A stretch of DNA of 64,000 nucleotides from Balanoglossus misakiensis. Its lineage: Eukaryota > Animalia > Hemichordata. The notes below the pieces were generated by a model that saw nothing but the letters and a program-made list of their open reading frames with translations, was not told the origin of the DNA and searched no databases. Below are positions 25,180 to 38,345 of this stretch, one piece after another. The translations under genes were made by a program, and so were the position numbers. The DNA lies in NCBI GenBank assembly GCA_040954595.2, contig CM082598.2, positions 4,345,837 to 4,409,836 on the forward strand, written 5' to 3'. The number at the start of each line of letters is the position of its first letter. The first letter of the stretch is position 1.

Positions 25180-26645
25180 CTAGTATATGCTTCTTTCTTT
25201 GTCTCTCTATGTAATGCTAGGTCAAATGCTGAACCACCCGACTCCGATCTCAAGAAATGCGACTTTTCCCTGATTCTTAGACTGAGACACCCTATAGCAG
25301 GAGTAACTGTCAATTATCCACGATTGGGGGCGGAGCTTGTATCACGTGGGCTTATTGCTTGTATAGTGACTCCCTAGCCTCGACATTCAAAAGCAGACTA
25401 GACATGGCGGTTGAACTGTGAACATCATGCTCTCGGTTGAGATGATCTGAATTCGTACTTTACCTCTATCTTTCTTATATTTCCGTTCAAACCTTTCTCC
25501 ACGTCTGTGGGAACACTTTGTCTGGAACCTCTGAGAGGTTTAGTTGTCTACGGATCGTAATTCCGAGGTTTTTCTTGGTATTTGTGTGAGCGCAACGCTC
25601 AGGTCGGTCGGTCGGTCTTTTCAGCACGTCTCTCAGCGCACGTTCTGCCGTGTGCGAGGTAAATCGAACGAGGGCTTGTAACGGCCCGTCTACGCCGATA
25701 AGGCTCGATCGTGCTACGTTTACGCTACCGTTGAGTTGGCTGTCTGGTCCATGGTTCGTCATTCACTAAGGCTTGACAATTTTTGGGACCTCAGTCCGAT
25801 TATTTCCGTTACATTGGTAGCAGCGGTAGAAACGATTTGTGCTGCTCGTTCGTTTAGTCTGCGTTTTGGGTGATGCATTCAATGTTCATATACATTGTTG
25901 CAATATTGTTGAATAGCGTTATCGATTTTTTTTATTTTTTTAGTGTACCTCGTACGTGCACTGTCTGAGACTGTGGTACAAGTTTTTTTTATTATGGCAG
26001 TCTCTTATTGAGTTTAGCGCTTATAGTGTATGCAACACGGTACTTAGACTCTATAGCAGTCGCTGTGCCTGTCGATAAGAATGGAACTTTCATCATACTG
26101 TGTACGACGCGTCGCCAGGCAAAGCCACTGTGTGATTAGCGTCGCGTCCACAGGATGTTCTATACGTAACGCGGACGCGCATTTCAGTATCACACAGTCT
26201 TGTAGCAAGACTACACGGTACTATGCAATACCAAGGAATGACAAGTCACACGTAATATATGCTCATGAATTTATCCTCATAACCCGCAATGGGAGCTTTA
26301 TTAACCCTAGATTGGCAACTACACTGTATGCTTTCAAATAACTTCCATGCCAAAACGGTAATGTAACCAGAAATCAACTCGCGTTGAAAAGAACCAAAGT
26401 CTTTACTATGGGCGGTTGCTAGTCGGGTCTATATCCATGTTATCCAACATAAATCGGGGGTTGGACGGTGTCTGCAATAAAAGAATACATTTTCATGATA
26501 TGTGAATTAACAGTTATTGACTTCTTGTTGCCACTTCGTATTACGCCTTTCCCACAAGTCAATTTTCATTCCTACAAGTCACCAATCCACCGATACACAC
26601 ACTCACTCCACTCACTCATTCACTCACTCAGTTTGGTTTGTCAGT

Positions 26646-27013
26646 CTACAGGGTATCTATGAAGTAACTGTTGTTTAATTTGCCATGGATAAAGAGATCG
26701 ATAGTCATGAGGAACATGGACTACAAGAGAGTGGAATGATAAGCCTGCCCATTGACTATATACAATGATTCTGGGCAGCCTTTCATGGTAAATGGTGCAT
26801 GGCATGTTTACCTGCAGAACGCCGGCCTCGGCGCAGCACTTTATCGCATACCGATGCTGGTAATCTCTGGGGGGTAAGACCAAGACACGTCGCCCTCAGT
26901 CGCTCCCCCACACTGCTCCACCCGAAGGTGTTTCCCTCAGTCGAAACTGTTCCCAGCACGAGTATGAGAATTACGGCTACGGAAAATGTTTGAAGCAAAG
27001 ATTGCCACTTCAT
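26646..27013 (-). CDS. Small secreted peptide precursor P2; predicted amidated 2-Cys cationic peptide
   Basis: TATAAAA at ~27520-27526 and a non-coding exon with gtaagt donor at ~27455-27460. Coding exon 27013-26812 MKWQSLLQTFSVAVILILVLGTVSTEG-NTFGWSSVGERLRATCLGLTPQRLPASVCDKVLRR-GRR-SA, then short exon 26656-26646 to the stop. Contains a G-R-R amidation/cleavage signal. Confidence 0.75.
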
Positions 27014-29072
27014 CTTGTATGGTGTACCTTCAGTGGTGAAGGGAAAGAAAGATCTCAAATTAGTACATTGATGTACTGCCAATTTCTCTTCTACAATAAC
27101 ACTCAGGACTGCCCAAGTTTGGAAGCCTGCGTGAAATTATTCAATGATTACATGCAGGAAAAGTATGAGTCTGACTCTATAACGTCAATGGTCAATTTGT
27201 GAATTTCTCATTACAAATTTGTCATTCTTTTGGGAATAACACAAAGACGAATCAACTACACAAAACCTATAAGTTGACTTCAGATATTAGGGTGGTGACT
27301 ATGATTGAGAAAATATTGTTCATCCGATTGATACAGGCTGCGATTCAACCTTTCACTATAGACGTTTGACAGGTGAAGCATACAAATGCACTGTATCAAT
27401 GGTAAAACATTTGACATTTTGACAGCTTCATTACAAAAACAGGAAAACCCTTAACTTACCTTGGTGGAGCTCTGAGAATCTGTTCCTAGTTAAGCTTAGA
27501 CCAATACATAGTGTGATCTCTTTTATACTATTGTGTTAAATGGAAGTCACTCGTCGAATTCTTGGAAAATGGTATTAATTATGCGTATTCGGAACAGAAT
27601 CAAGACCAGACATAAAAGATTGTATCATACCTATTAACCGACAAACAGGTGACAATACCTCTGTCTATCTGTCTGTCTGTCTGTTGGTGTACACAATTTC
27701 ATATCTTTCTATCACTGTGAATCGTTTCATGGTAACAGTCTCAGCTACCGTATACAGCAATATGGTACATGGTATTTAATTGTTTATTTGCCATGACATT
27801 ACAAATACATTGCTAGCCTTAAGGTAGGGTGAGCTTCGAAAACAAAAGTATTAAGCTTTTTTCTCATTTTTTGCTATAGGCAACTGCTGGTTATTCTCTC
27901 TTAAAATTGTCAGTGGTAATGGGACCAGTAATATCAAAATGAAGTGTGACCTTAAGGCAGTTCATTAAAACACTACAAATTAACAAACAAGTTTTCCTCG
28001 TTTCTATCACAAAATGGTCATCAATCTCCACACTGTCAGTGGTGTGAGATGATTTATACAACTATACTATTCAGATACAAACTATTTACATTACCACGAC
28101 CAAAACTTTAACTACAGTGAGACAAAACTCAGGGTTTTCTTATATTTAAATTAAGTATTGAAATGCAAAATAAAGTATTCAAATGCAAATTAAGAGCGAA
28201 GGGAGTGGTGATTCTTTTCTCTAGACTGCAGCTGGTGGGGCATACCTTCCAAGTTTTTATTATGTAGTTCTAACACTGATTTTGCAGATACACCCTGCAT
28301 AGACATATATCTGATTTATTGCAGAAAAAGGTCTTGTTTCAACATTGAAAAACAATTTGACATGTATAAACATTTTGGCATGTATCATGAGCCAGTGTTT
28401 ATATACAGTGTATCTCATTATACATGATTGATGATGTCATCAGTGACATTTACATTTTAGAGTGTGATTGGTTGCCATTTTGACTTGGACGTTGATGTAC
28501 CATATGGTGGGTGCAACATGTAGGGCAAAATACACTGACTACTTTCAAAACACAATATGTCAATTCCTCGTCTTTATTCCAGACGACCATATACATGTAG
28601 CTTTCTTTCATGGACTTGACTTGGTATATGTGTGTTTTGGTGATTGTCTATGCTGTAATGTTCTTCGCTGTACAACTGGCCATGTAATTATATTTGACGA
28701 ATGATCTATAAGCACTACCAAGGGTTGACAAATTACACACGATAGATTTGTTCACCAAGGATAACCCACAAAGGGAGATTTATTTGACCCTAGATTGGCA
28801 ACTAACAGTGGTTTCAAAGAAATTTCATGCCATAACAGTAATATAAGATTTAAGAAATGTTGAAAAGAATTGTTTTCTTTAGTATAGGGCGGTTGCTAGT
28901 CTGGTATATGTCCATGTTATCCAAAAACCTGGTCCCTGCTCCAGAATCTGCGGACGGGGTCTGCAAAAAAGACATTTTAATGTTATATGAAAAAAATATA
29001 TTGACTTTCCACTTCGCGTGTAACAGTTTTCCCAAACAAGTCAATGTCTATCCATACAAGCCAACAATCCAC

Positions 29073-29294
29073 TAAACATCCGTCGTCAGAGGAAGTTTGC
29101 TTGATTCCGGCTGTGTCTGATACACTCGCTCAACAATTCCATGGCCGCTTCCAACAACCTATGGAATGATTAAACAAGGCGTTTCTGAATACATGTAGAA
29201 ATTTAGTGTTCTCTAAATTCTAACCCACTTGGTAAAAATATACTCCTTCCAAGACTGTTTTGTATGCGCTAACAACAACAACAACAACACAGAT
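29073..29294 (-). other. Inserted diverged copy of the P1 last intron and last exon (xCWKRPWNC*), flanked by a 28-bp direct duplication
   Basis: Homologous to ~23718-23943; flanks tgtctatccatacaagccaacaatccac at 29045-29072 and 29295-29322; the equivalent site in paralogue P2 (~26565-26592) has a single copy and no insert. Confidence 0.85.
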
Positions 29295-29360
29295 TGTCTA
29301 TCCATACAAGCCAACAATCCACCGATACACACACACACTCACTTGGGTTTAATTCTCAGT

Positions 29361-29693
29361 CTACGGATTATCTATGGAGTTGTTTAATTTGCCATGGGTA
29401 AAGAGGTCAACAGTCATGTGGAAATAGATCTAAAAGGATCAGAAAGTGAGAGTTGAATTGTAATCTGCTGATACATTTTCATTCTGTTCACTGACTAAAA
29501 ATTGAATTTGGAGAGACTTACTCGGGTGTGGGCTGACATCAGAGCGTTTGCCACCCCACCAAATATTAAAAAGGTGAGGAAGCATTATCCGACACTCATT
29601 TTCTGTTAATTGAAGTCTTGCACAAAACGCATCCTGCGCTTGAGTCTGGGTCACAACTGTGCCCAGCAGGAGTATGCAAATGACGGCCAACAT
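29361..29693 (-). CDS. Small secreted peptide precursor P3 (paralogue of P2); predicted pyroGlu, 2-Cys, amidated peptide
   Basis: TATA-like element at ~30199-30205 and non-coding exon donor at ~30134-30139. Coding exon 29693-29522 MLAVICILLLGTVVTQTQA-QDAFCARLQLTENECRIMLPHLFNIWWG-GKR-SDVSPHP, then short exon 29371-29361. The ATG used in P2 is ATA here. The 3' flank 28705-29430 aligns with P2 26220-26720. Confidence 0.72.
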
Positions 29694-29900
29694 TTGAGGC
29701 GAAGATTGCAACTTTATCTTGATTGGTTCACCTTGTGGAGAGAAAGATGTTTAATTAGACATAGACATATGGCAAGAAGAAAGTGTTGGTTGGTTGGTTG
29801 GGCGATGGAATCATGGCGACATTAAAGTATGCCACCAATTTTGTACGTTTATTTATATGTTGCATGTAGTTCGAAAATTTACACTTGTACTTCCACATAG

Positions 29901-30040
29901 ATACATACATACATACATACATACATACATACATACGCACACACACATACATACATACATACATACATACATACATACATACATACATACATACATACAT
30001 ACATACATACATACATACATACATACATACATACATACAT
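29901..30040. repeat. (ACAT)n microsatellite
   Basis: Direct repeat in the first intron of P3. Confidence 0.95.
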
Positions 30041-30584
30041 CTTTAGTTACAGCGTTCAACTGTTTCATCTGGCAACATGTGGAGACTGTATCTTGACAAT
30101 TGAACAATGTCGAATTTTTACTGTAAGGCTCTGACTTACCTAAGTCGAACTCGAATGATCCTCTCCCAACAAGCATGTCCAAACAGACAGCTATCCCTCT
30201 TTATATTGTCTTCAGGGCAGTCACGCAAGGAATTATTGGAAGAGAATTTGCTTATGAATATGCATTTTGCCAACTCCACGTGTCCCTTCATTACCTCATG
30301 GCATGGATACACAGTGAGTTTTGGAAGGCATAGGACAAACAACACATGGTGAAAATCAATCCACATTCGTATCATAGCAACGGTGTCATGCTAGCATGTA
30401 CAATATGGTACTGGGTTTTTATAGTTATTTGCAATGACTTTTACCTGACAGTCTCAGCCATAAAAATCATTGACATTATTCCATAAACAATGGCGATATT
30501 ACTGGAATTAAAATACTTGTATTCCATATGCCATGGTATTAATCCTATCAATTTATATGTTTGCAAAATAACTTTGGTTTGGTG

Positions 30585-30599
30585 GATTGATTGATTGAT

Positions 30600-30676
<77 letters not shown>
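30585..30676. repeat. (GATT)n microsatellite
   Basis: Direct repeat. Confidence 0.95.
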
Positions 30677-31116
30677 TCAACACTACAAAAGTATACATGA
30701 CAGAATTGCCAAGGAAAAAAGAGTTGTGAGGTGTGACCGTTGAAGTAAGCAGATAGTAGTTGCCAGCGATGATGTCAGAACCAGATACTGATACCACCAA
30801 CGGCAGTGGCTTACCCATGACAATTTCTGTCGTTGTACTAATGATGTACCCTACTTTTCAAAAACCAAATATCAACAGGCTCTCCAATTCCTCGGGTATT
30901 GGTATTGTAACATTCATTGGATAGGGAAAAAACTGAACGAATGATCTCATGCTGTTCACAATAAATAATCCCAACACGATAGCTGCATTTAATCTACTTT
31001 ATTACATACACACTTTTGGTTTTACAATTTTACATGAAGTTCAATTTAAAAGCGATGCAACTATTATCTTATCCTGTTGTGTGATCTTCAAGTCAAGTCC
31101 AGCGGTCCCGTTATTA

Positions 31117-33298
31117 TTACAATGAATGACAGAATGGATCTGAAATGTAAAAAGGAATTATGAAAAGGTTACATTCTCAAAGAATGACAAGTACAAAACT
31201 GTTGTTTGGAAAAGGGGATTGAAGCTTGCACACTGAACGACAAACGCCACTAATGGAAGCCCCCGGTCGCCATTTTTGACGCAGAGGTCAACAAATCCAT
31301 CAATTGTGACACAGTTGACATTTCACGTGGTATAAATATACTGAGACCCCGTTTTTCGTATACAAGATAGCCGGGTCGAACGAATCAAGTGCTTGAAATT
31401 TCACAAGCGATGGTATTTGGTCTGAATTGACAACATTTCACTTGAATGACTAATGCAAGTCCTTATCAGCCTCTGAGGCTATGGTTCATGATATCCCCGC
31501 CCTTCCCTTTTTGTACAGAACCAAACACGCACAAAAACGACACTGCCGCAATCGCAGTTGCCTTCCAGTTGGTGTTAGCGTAGCTGTGTGTTGGTGGAAG
31601 AGTCATCAGATCAATTTGCATAAGCCATACGCGTGTAAACATCTGTGCCACGTACCTGGGATTTCGCAAACGATGCCCTTTGGTCGGTGATCGCAATATT
31701 CGTCGTCCCACTGACCAGCAAACTTTCCTCTGAACCTATGGATGAAAAACACAGGAATATCAGCCTGGGTCAAACTGAAGTTGGCCACAATCTGTATCTT
31801 GGTGTCAACTTAGCCAAGTCACTGCACAACAATGCTAGAGGCAAATGTAGCCAGAATCACTCTGGTGTATACACGTTTTATTCAAGTGGCTAGTTTGTAC
31901 TCACTAACGCTCCTAACGTTCTCAAAATGCCTAACAGAAGGAAACTAAGAATACCAGCAGGTGTATGCTCCTTGATATGCTGGTTGGTCTTTTCAGAACC
32001 ATAAACGTTCCAAATGCACAAGAACATTTTGACTTCAGAGACCCCAGAATTTCTTTTGTCTCCACCGTACCCACACATAGATGATCTTCGAAAATTAAAA
32101 TGCCACCAAAGTGACAGTATCTATCTAACAAAACACGTTTTTGCTAGAGATAGTAAAGCGATAATGGCATGGTTGTTGTGAACGTGGAAATTTCAGATGA
32201 ATCTCCGCTTACATTCTGGACAACTGATAGGTCAGGAAAGGCCAACAGTTGATGTTGAATGCTGCCAAATCTTATCTTAACTATGAGTATACATACACAC
32301 ATGACAAAGACGATGTCATTACGGACTGAAAACCATGACTTACCAGAGCTGAACACAGTCCTGTCCAGCTTCGTCCTTATTTTCAGTGTTATTAGGTTCG
32401 CCTTCTGCCCAGTTGACAAAGTTGCCCTCGCAGACAGCTGTACCATCTGACCAAGTGTATTTGCCTTCAGATCCTGCATCGCCCAGCCCGATCCACATGC
32501 CGTGTTTAGAGATGCAACCTTTTCTATTCATGGCCTTCTTCAGGGCGAAACTGCGAACCCGGGAATCTATGCCTTGGTCGCGCAGCACCGCTAGTCGACC
32601 TTTTGGACCACCTGGCAACACGGAAAGTGATGCGCAGAGTTCGGCGGCTTTCTGTTGATATGGCCGGTCTCTGATGTTCTGTTCGCAGTACAACTCATAC
32701 TTGGTACATTGGCATCCTTCGATGTTTTCTACTGTGAAGGTACCTATTAAGAAAGCAAAAGTGATGTTTACTACCTGGTCACACAGAAAGAGCCGAGAGA
32801 GACAGATACACAGATTTAACACCTATTGGACAGACAGAGAGAGGGAGGGAGAGAGACAGAGAGAGACAGAAGTACAGATAGACAGAGAAGAGTTCAGATG
32901 CTATCGACCCAAGCAAACTATGAAATAGATCATCTTCGTCGTTGTCCGAGTCTTCACCACCATCACCATCATAGTCAAAATCAAAACATTCTCAAAATCA
33001 CCAAAGTTAGGATACGTTAAACAGAATGCCCTTACCTGCAAATTTTGGTTTCGCTATCGGTTTCTAAAGACCAAAAGAACATGTGTACAGAAATAAGTAA
33101 CGTGATCAAACATCGTAACAGATAAGAAAACCACTAAAGGGGTAACGTTTCTTTCCTTTAGAAACATTTGCATGACTGTCGAGTCCCGTTTTACCATTTA
33201 AAAAAGAATCTCGTATGGTTACTTACATCGAGGAACGACTTGCCATAGGTATACGCCACACAACAGGCGAAAAGAATAGAAATAAGTCTGAGATCCAT
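31117..33298 (-). CDS. Secreted C-type lectin L3 (EPN motif), closest paralogue of L2
   Basis: Exons 33298-33227, 33063-33036, 32743-32344, 31735-31656, 31139-31117 (DPFCHSL*). 5' and 3' flanks align with those of L2 (22755-23175 vs 33630-34080; 20740-21000 vs 30960-31200). Confidence 0.92.
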
Positions 33299-34514
33299 TG
33301 TTTCCTGAAAAAAAAATACAAAAAATACTCGTCAGTCGGCCCAAAACTTCGTCTAATACTGTTTTGCTGCCAGAACACTGCCAATGTCTTCCCTAACATT
33401 TAAGCTTACGCCAATGCAGTTGACTGGATGACAACATAAGACGTTGAAATTCAACTGTGGTGTGGTATGTTTTGATTGCCTTAGATTTGCAATCGGATGA
33501 TAGTGATCATGCACATATTTTAAAGGTTGTTTGGCGAGAAGACAAAGTTTTACCAGCATTGTAGTCGTTGTGAAATAGGGATCTGAAATGTGTATGCGGA
33601 AATACATGCATTTTACAATAATGTCTGTTTAACTTACCAGTCGAGGTTCTAGTTGCAGAGGAGAACGTCTTCTTCGCAGGAGGATGTCGTTGTAATTCGG
33701 ATTGGGAATCTACCCGTTAATAAAGACGAAGGTGGGCCAAGGGGTGTCCACTTCACATGGCTCTAGTTGTACATTCTCGAGAAGCAAAACGTGTAATTTG
33801 GCGGTATTAAACTCATAATGTGAAGCTAAGATGATCACCCCCGGACTAAAATGTCATAAGTGGAAAAATCATTTTTTCAAAGGAGAGTATTTTATGTACT
33901 TGACAGCCACCTGTTGATGTTCGCATATCTTTCAATGGGGATGCAATAGATATAGAGTAGGCTGTTAATGTTGAAACTCACCAAATTGAATTTGAAAGAA
34001 AGTCACCTATTTTAAACAAAACTCCATCGGATCAAGCATTACCATAGCACTGACAAACTATTAACATGCAATTAGCAAAGGATGTGGCTTTTTTTCTCCT
34101 GTGAGTGTTAACTAAGTTGGAAGCTTCTGTCCGACAGGAAAGTTATCAACATAATATTTATGTGCACAATCGACACAGTCACGTGATGTGGCCAATGGAA
34201 CACAGTCACGTGCACGTCAGTCTAAATCCAAATAAGTAATTAGAAGTTTGTCTTGATGTTCAACAGGGCGCATCTCACAACGGTTCACTTAATTAAAAGT
34301 CATGGGCAACAACAACTTTTCAATACAACTATTTTATTCCAAAGGTCGCGATTGATTTACAATTTTTAACATTTATTTAGATGTCAATGAAATGCACTTT
34401 CTTCGCCTTTGGTTGCTCATGACAAACAGGAGACCGAGGATATTCCTATTTTGCTGGTGTGTTGAAAACGAGAAATGGTTCACAGTTTCCATGGCAACTA
34501 CGTCAGCACGCCAC

Positions 34515-36132
34515 CTAGTTACTAAGTGAGTGGCAAAATGGATCTGGAAATAGAAACAGTATAACATTACTAGAGGTACATGAATATTACAAGTATACAT
34601 ATTCCTTTTTTGCAGAGTGTTGATGATTCCTAAGTTAAATAATGTTCTTGTTTTCCTTTATGTGTACATGTGTATTGTCAGCATAAATTGTTATTGTACA
34701 AATTTTCATTTCAAGTCCGGACTGGAAATCATATGTCAACAATAACAATGGTCATTTCTCAATCTCTACCTGGTATTTCGCATACGATGCCCTTTGGTCT
34801 TTTGTTGCAGTATTCGTCGTCCCATTTCCCATGGGCGTCCTTTCTGAACCTTGGATAAAAGACAAAAAGAAATGATTTCTTAAAGTTGTATAGTTTTAAT
34901 ATGTCAACCATGTTCTGCATGCGGACAGTCTACCTTAAACACCGCCTAAATATGGCATATTTTACATTTTATTTAATTTTACTTACCATATCTGGACACA
35001 GTCCTGCCCAGCGGCGTCCTTCTTGACGTTGTTGTCGGGCTGGTCCTCGGCCCAGTTGAAGTAACCGCCGGCGCAGCAAGCCGTCCCGTCCGCCCAAGTG
35101 TACTCGCCCTCCTCGCCGGCGTCGCCGAGGCCGATCCAGAACCCGTACTTGCTGATGCACCGGCGCTGGTCCAGCTGGTTGGACACGATGAAATCGCGGA
35201 CCTTCACGTCGACGACTTGATCACGCAGCACTGCTAACCGACCTGTCGGCCCACCTGGTAGAATAGAGCGTGATGCGCAGAATTCGGCAGCTTTTTGTTG
35301 ATAGGGTCTGTTGTCCCGTGCTTGTTCGCAGTAGACTTCGTATACGGTGCATTGGCAATTCTGGTCTTCGCCTTCACCGCTTTCGTTGACTATTGTGAAT
35401 TGGCCTAGTTAAAGAAAAACCTCTATTACTTACTAGTAGTTGTTTAATTTGGACAGACAGACAGAGTGACAGCTACACAGACAGATGGGGTGGCAAACAT
35501 ACATACACAACCAGCAGCCAGACAGACTGATAGGCAGACAGGCAGGTGGACACTGAGGAAGATAGACAACCAACCAAGGGGGCAAAGTAGATTGAAGCAT
35601 TTATCCATTGACAAAGTTGATTTAAACACTTATAACATAAAGCCTCCACTAAACTGTATTTAATCAGGAACTTGCTTCATCGCCTACACTGGTGAGTGGG
35701 GCTCGATAACAAAACACCTCTATTGCAAATGTAAACTGTTCAATAATAGTCAACAGGGTAATAACATTACAATAATAGGCAATGCTTCGTCCATTCCTTT
35801 ACTTTCCATTGTTCAATTGATTATACCCAGGCCAAAATGAGAGATTTTTGGCCACCATTCCATCACCATTCAGTTTACATGTCAAGTTCACGAATAGCTT
35901 ACCTGCTGGATCCTACAGGCCGTGGCAGTGAATGAAGCAGAAAAAACAGTAACATTAGCCGAGGAGATAAGTGATGATTCCATGCATTAGGGAAATTGCC
36001 TCAGTTTTCTTTATAGTGCTATAAATATCCAATAGTTATATATTCAAGAATTTTTCTTAGACCCAAATGACATACCTGTGCATAAGTATATGCCACACAG
36101 GCCAGAGCGAATAAAATAATTGCAAGACCCAT
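34515..36132 (-). CDS. Secreted C-type lectin L4 (QPD motif)
   Basis: Exons 36132-36076 (MGLAIILFALACVAYTYAQ), 10-nt micro-exon 35912-35903, 35404-34987, 34849-34770, 34543-34515. WIGL, NWAEDQPDNN, WDDEYC. Confidence 0.92.
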
Positions 36133-38345
36133 TTTAATTTTTCCTGCGAAATGAAAAGAAAGTAAATTAACAGTGGCCTGGCTCAAAACTTTCCGAGACA
36201 AAGAGATTGTTACAATAAATCCCCCACTTTTTGTCTTACGCTAATACATTGATCCAATAAAATTATATTGACGCGGCGAAGCTTTCAAAGGAGATTTTAA
36301 TTATCAAGCCGAACACATAAAACTGTCTTTTGGACAGGATAGTGCGTGTACCAACTGAACTGTGATTGCTCCTATAGTTTTCGCGAAAATAACACTACTA
36401 GGAAAGTTTACACTTTTTGTGAAAGTATGTTTTGGCAACTCGAGAGGTGAAAGTCGAGGAGGAAAGCACCTGAACGCCATAGTTGTAAAATGACAATTAA
36501 AACTCACGACAAATATACCTGTTTAAAACTCGACTTACCAGCGAGAGCTTGAAGAGCAATCGTCTGCGTCTCCCGGTATAAAACCAATGTATATGGACGC
36601 GCGAATTCGCCCTTTAATATAAGCGATAATTGGCAAGGTGTCAATATTTGATTTATATAAGGGATTTACGAACACCTGGTGATGAACACGTATCAGTACA
36701 CGAAAATATAGATTAACTCAGCGGGTACTTTTCATCTGCAAAATTAATCTATTTGAAAGAAAGTTGCCTACTTTGAATGACCAACTTTTAGAATGCGATG
36801 AAGTTTGAATTAAATTAACATCCTTACAGACGGGTTGGCATTAGTTATTATAACGGTACTGGCCAAGGCTAACAGGCGTTCAATATTACACCCCCTGTGA
36901 GATCATCATAATGGAAGATCATTGATTGTAATTGGCAATCACGTTGGCCAATCCATCTGTGGCTAATGTCCTTGTGAACAATGTGAGTGTTGAAATAAAC
37001 TATGGTGTCTATAATGAGTATTTCTGCAATCACAGTTGGCAGTCTATCTGATGCTGGGGTTCCTATGAACAAAGTCAATGGTGACATGAGTGAAGGTTTC
37101 TATTAATCGAGCACGTTGTGATTCATAATTTCATTCTAGCCCCATGGGTTCCGTGGAATCATCCAAGACCACACCTGGCTGGAATTACAGCGATGGCCAT
37201 CTGTTAATTTAAATTTGACCTTGTACGTGTGGAGATAAAATAAATGTGACGAAAATAAAGCATGTCATTTGGACAGTCAGAACATGTTAGAGAGAAATCA
37301 GCAGACGATAAATAAAAATTCTGAATATCAAGGGAACTAAATGCCTTCTTGCAAATATGCAATTCACGTTTACTGTTTTATTTCAAAATGAATTTGCAGT
37401 GAACAATTTGATAAGGCAGCCATATTATCATGACGTCATCTGTATTTGCACTTCAGATAGCTAGCTCTAAGTGGAATTCGTATTATTACTATATCTTTTT
37501 GTTGAGGAGAAAATATGTGTATTTTTACTACCTGTATCAACGTAATCGTAAGATATGTCCCTACGGGAGCAAACAGTTTCGGAGACTTCGATCACAAAAT
37601 CTCCGCCTGCCATTGTAGGTACAAGAACCGGATATGGTTATCTGAGTATTCTATACTCAGCACATTTTAGGAACAAAAGAAAGTCTGCCACTTAATTATT
37701 TGCATATCGCATGGACAATTGTATCCATTTGTCGGCGTAGTAGCAAACTTTCACAAATGTCAACACACCCAGGCGACACGTCACAGTACATAGACGCCGA
37801 GTATGGATTTTTTTTCCAATACCGAAACTCACCCAATTACAATTTTCACACGTTCGCTAAAAATATCCTATAAACTCCCACAGTTAATCCCTTTATTACA
37901 GGCAACAGTGGTGTAACCGCATGTTCGTTCTTTATCAACGCGGGGGCGATTTTGACTTTTGCAATGCACCCTGGGACTAATCTTTCACCAAATGCAACTC
38001 CGGAAATACTTAACCACTCCAGTTAATAGTGCATTAAATACTTACGCTGCATTTTTTTACTAAAGTGCGCGGTTCACCCGTTTCCCAGAGAATTTAACAG
38101 ATGTGGGGCGCGGAAATGGTGACGTCACATTCCGTCACAGCTACGTTGCATTGGTCCACAGTACGCCAGTGGTCTCTGTAGTGTTTAAAGACCATACACT
38201 TTTAGAGGATTCCGGACATTTACATCCATTCACTACACACTGTAATTAGGTCATTATTGGCTCGCTTTGGCCCGTTTTGGGTCGTTTTAACATTTATCAT
38301 ATGCCATTGCAACTACCCAAAATGCAGCGCACAACTGTTTATTTC

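Noticed and set aside
26812-29693. Calling P2 or P3 calcitonin-type peptides (two Cys plus amide)
   Set aside because: The Cys spacing (12 and 9 intervening residues) and the lack of a C-terminal Pro-amide do not fit calcitonin/CGRP.
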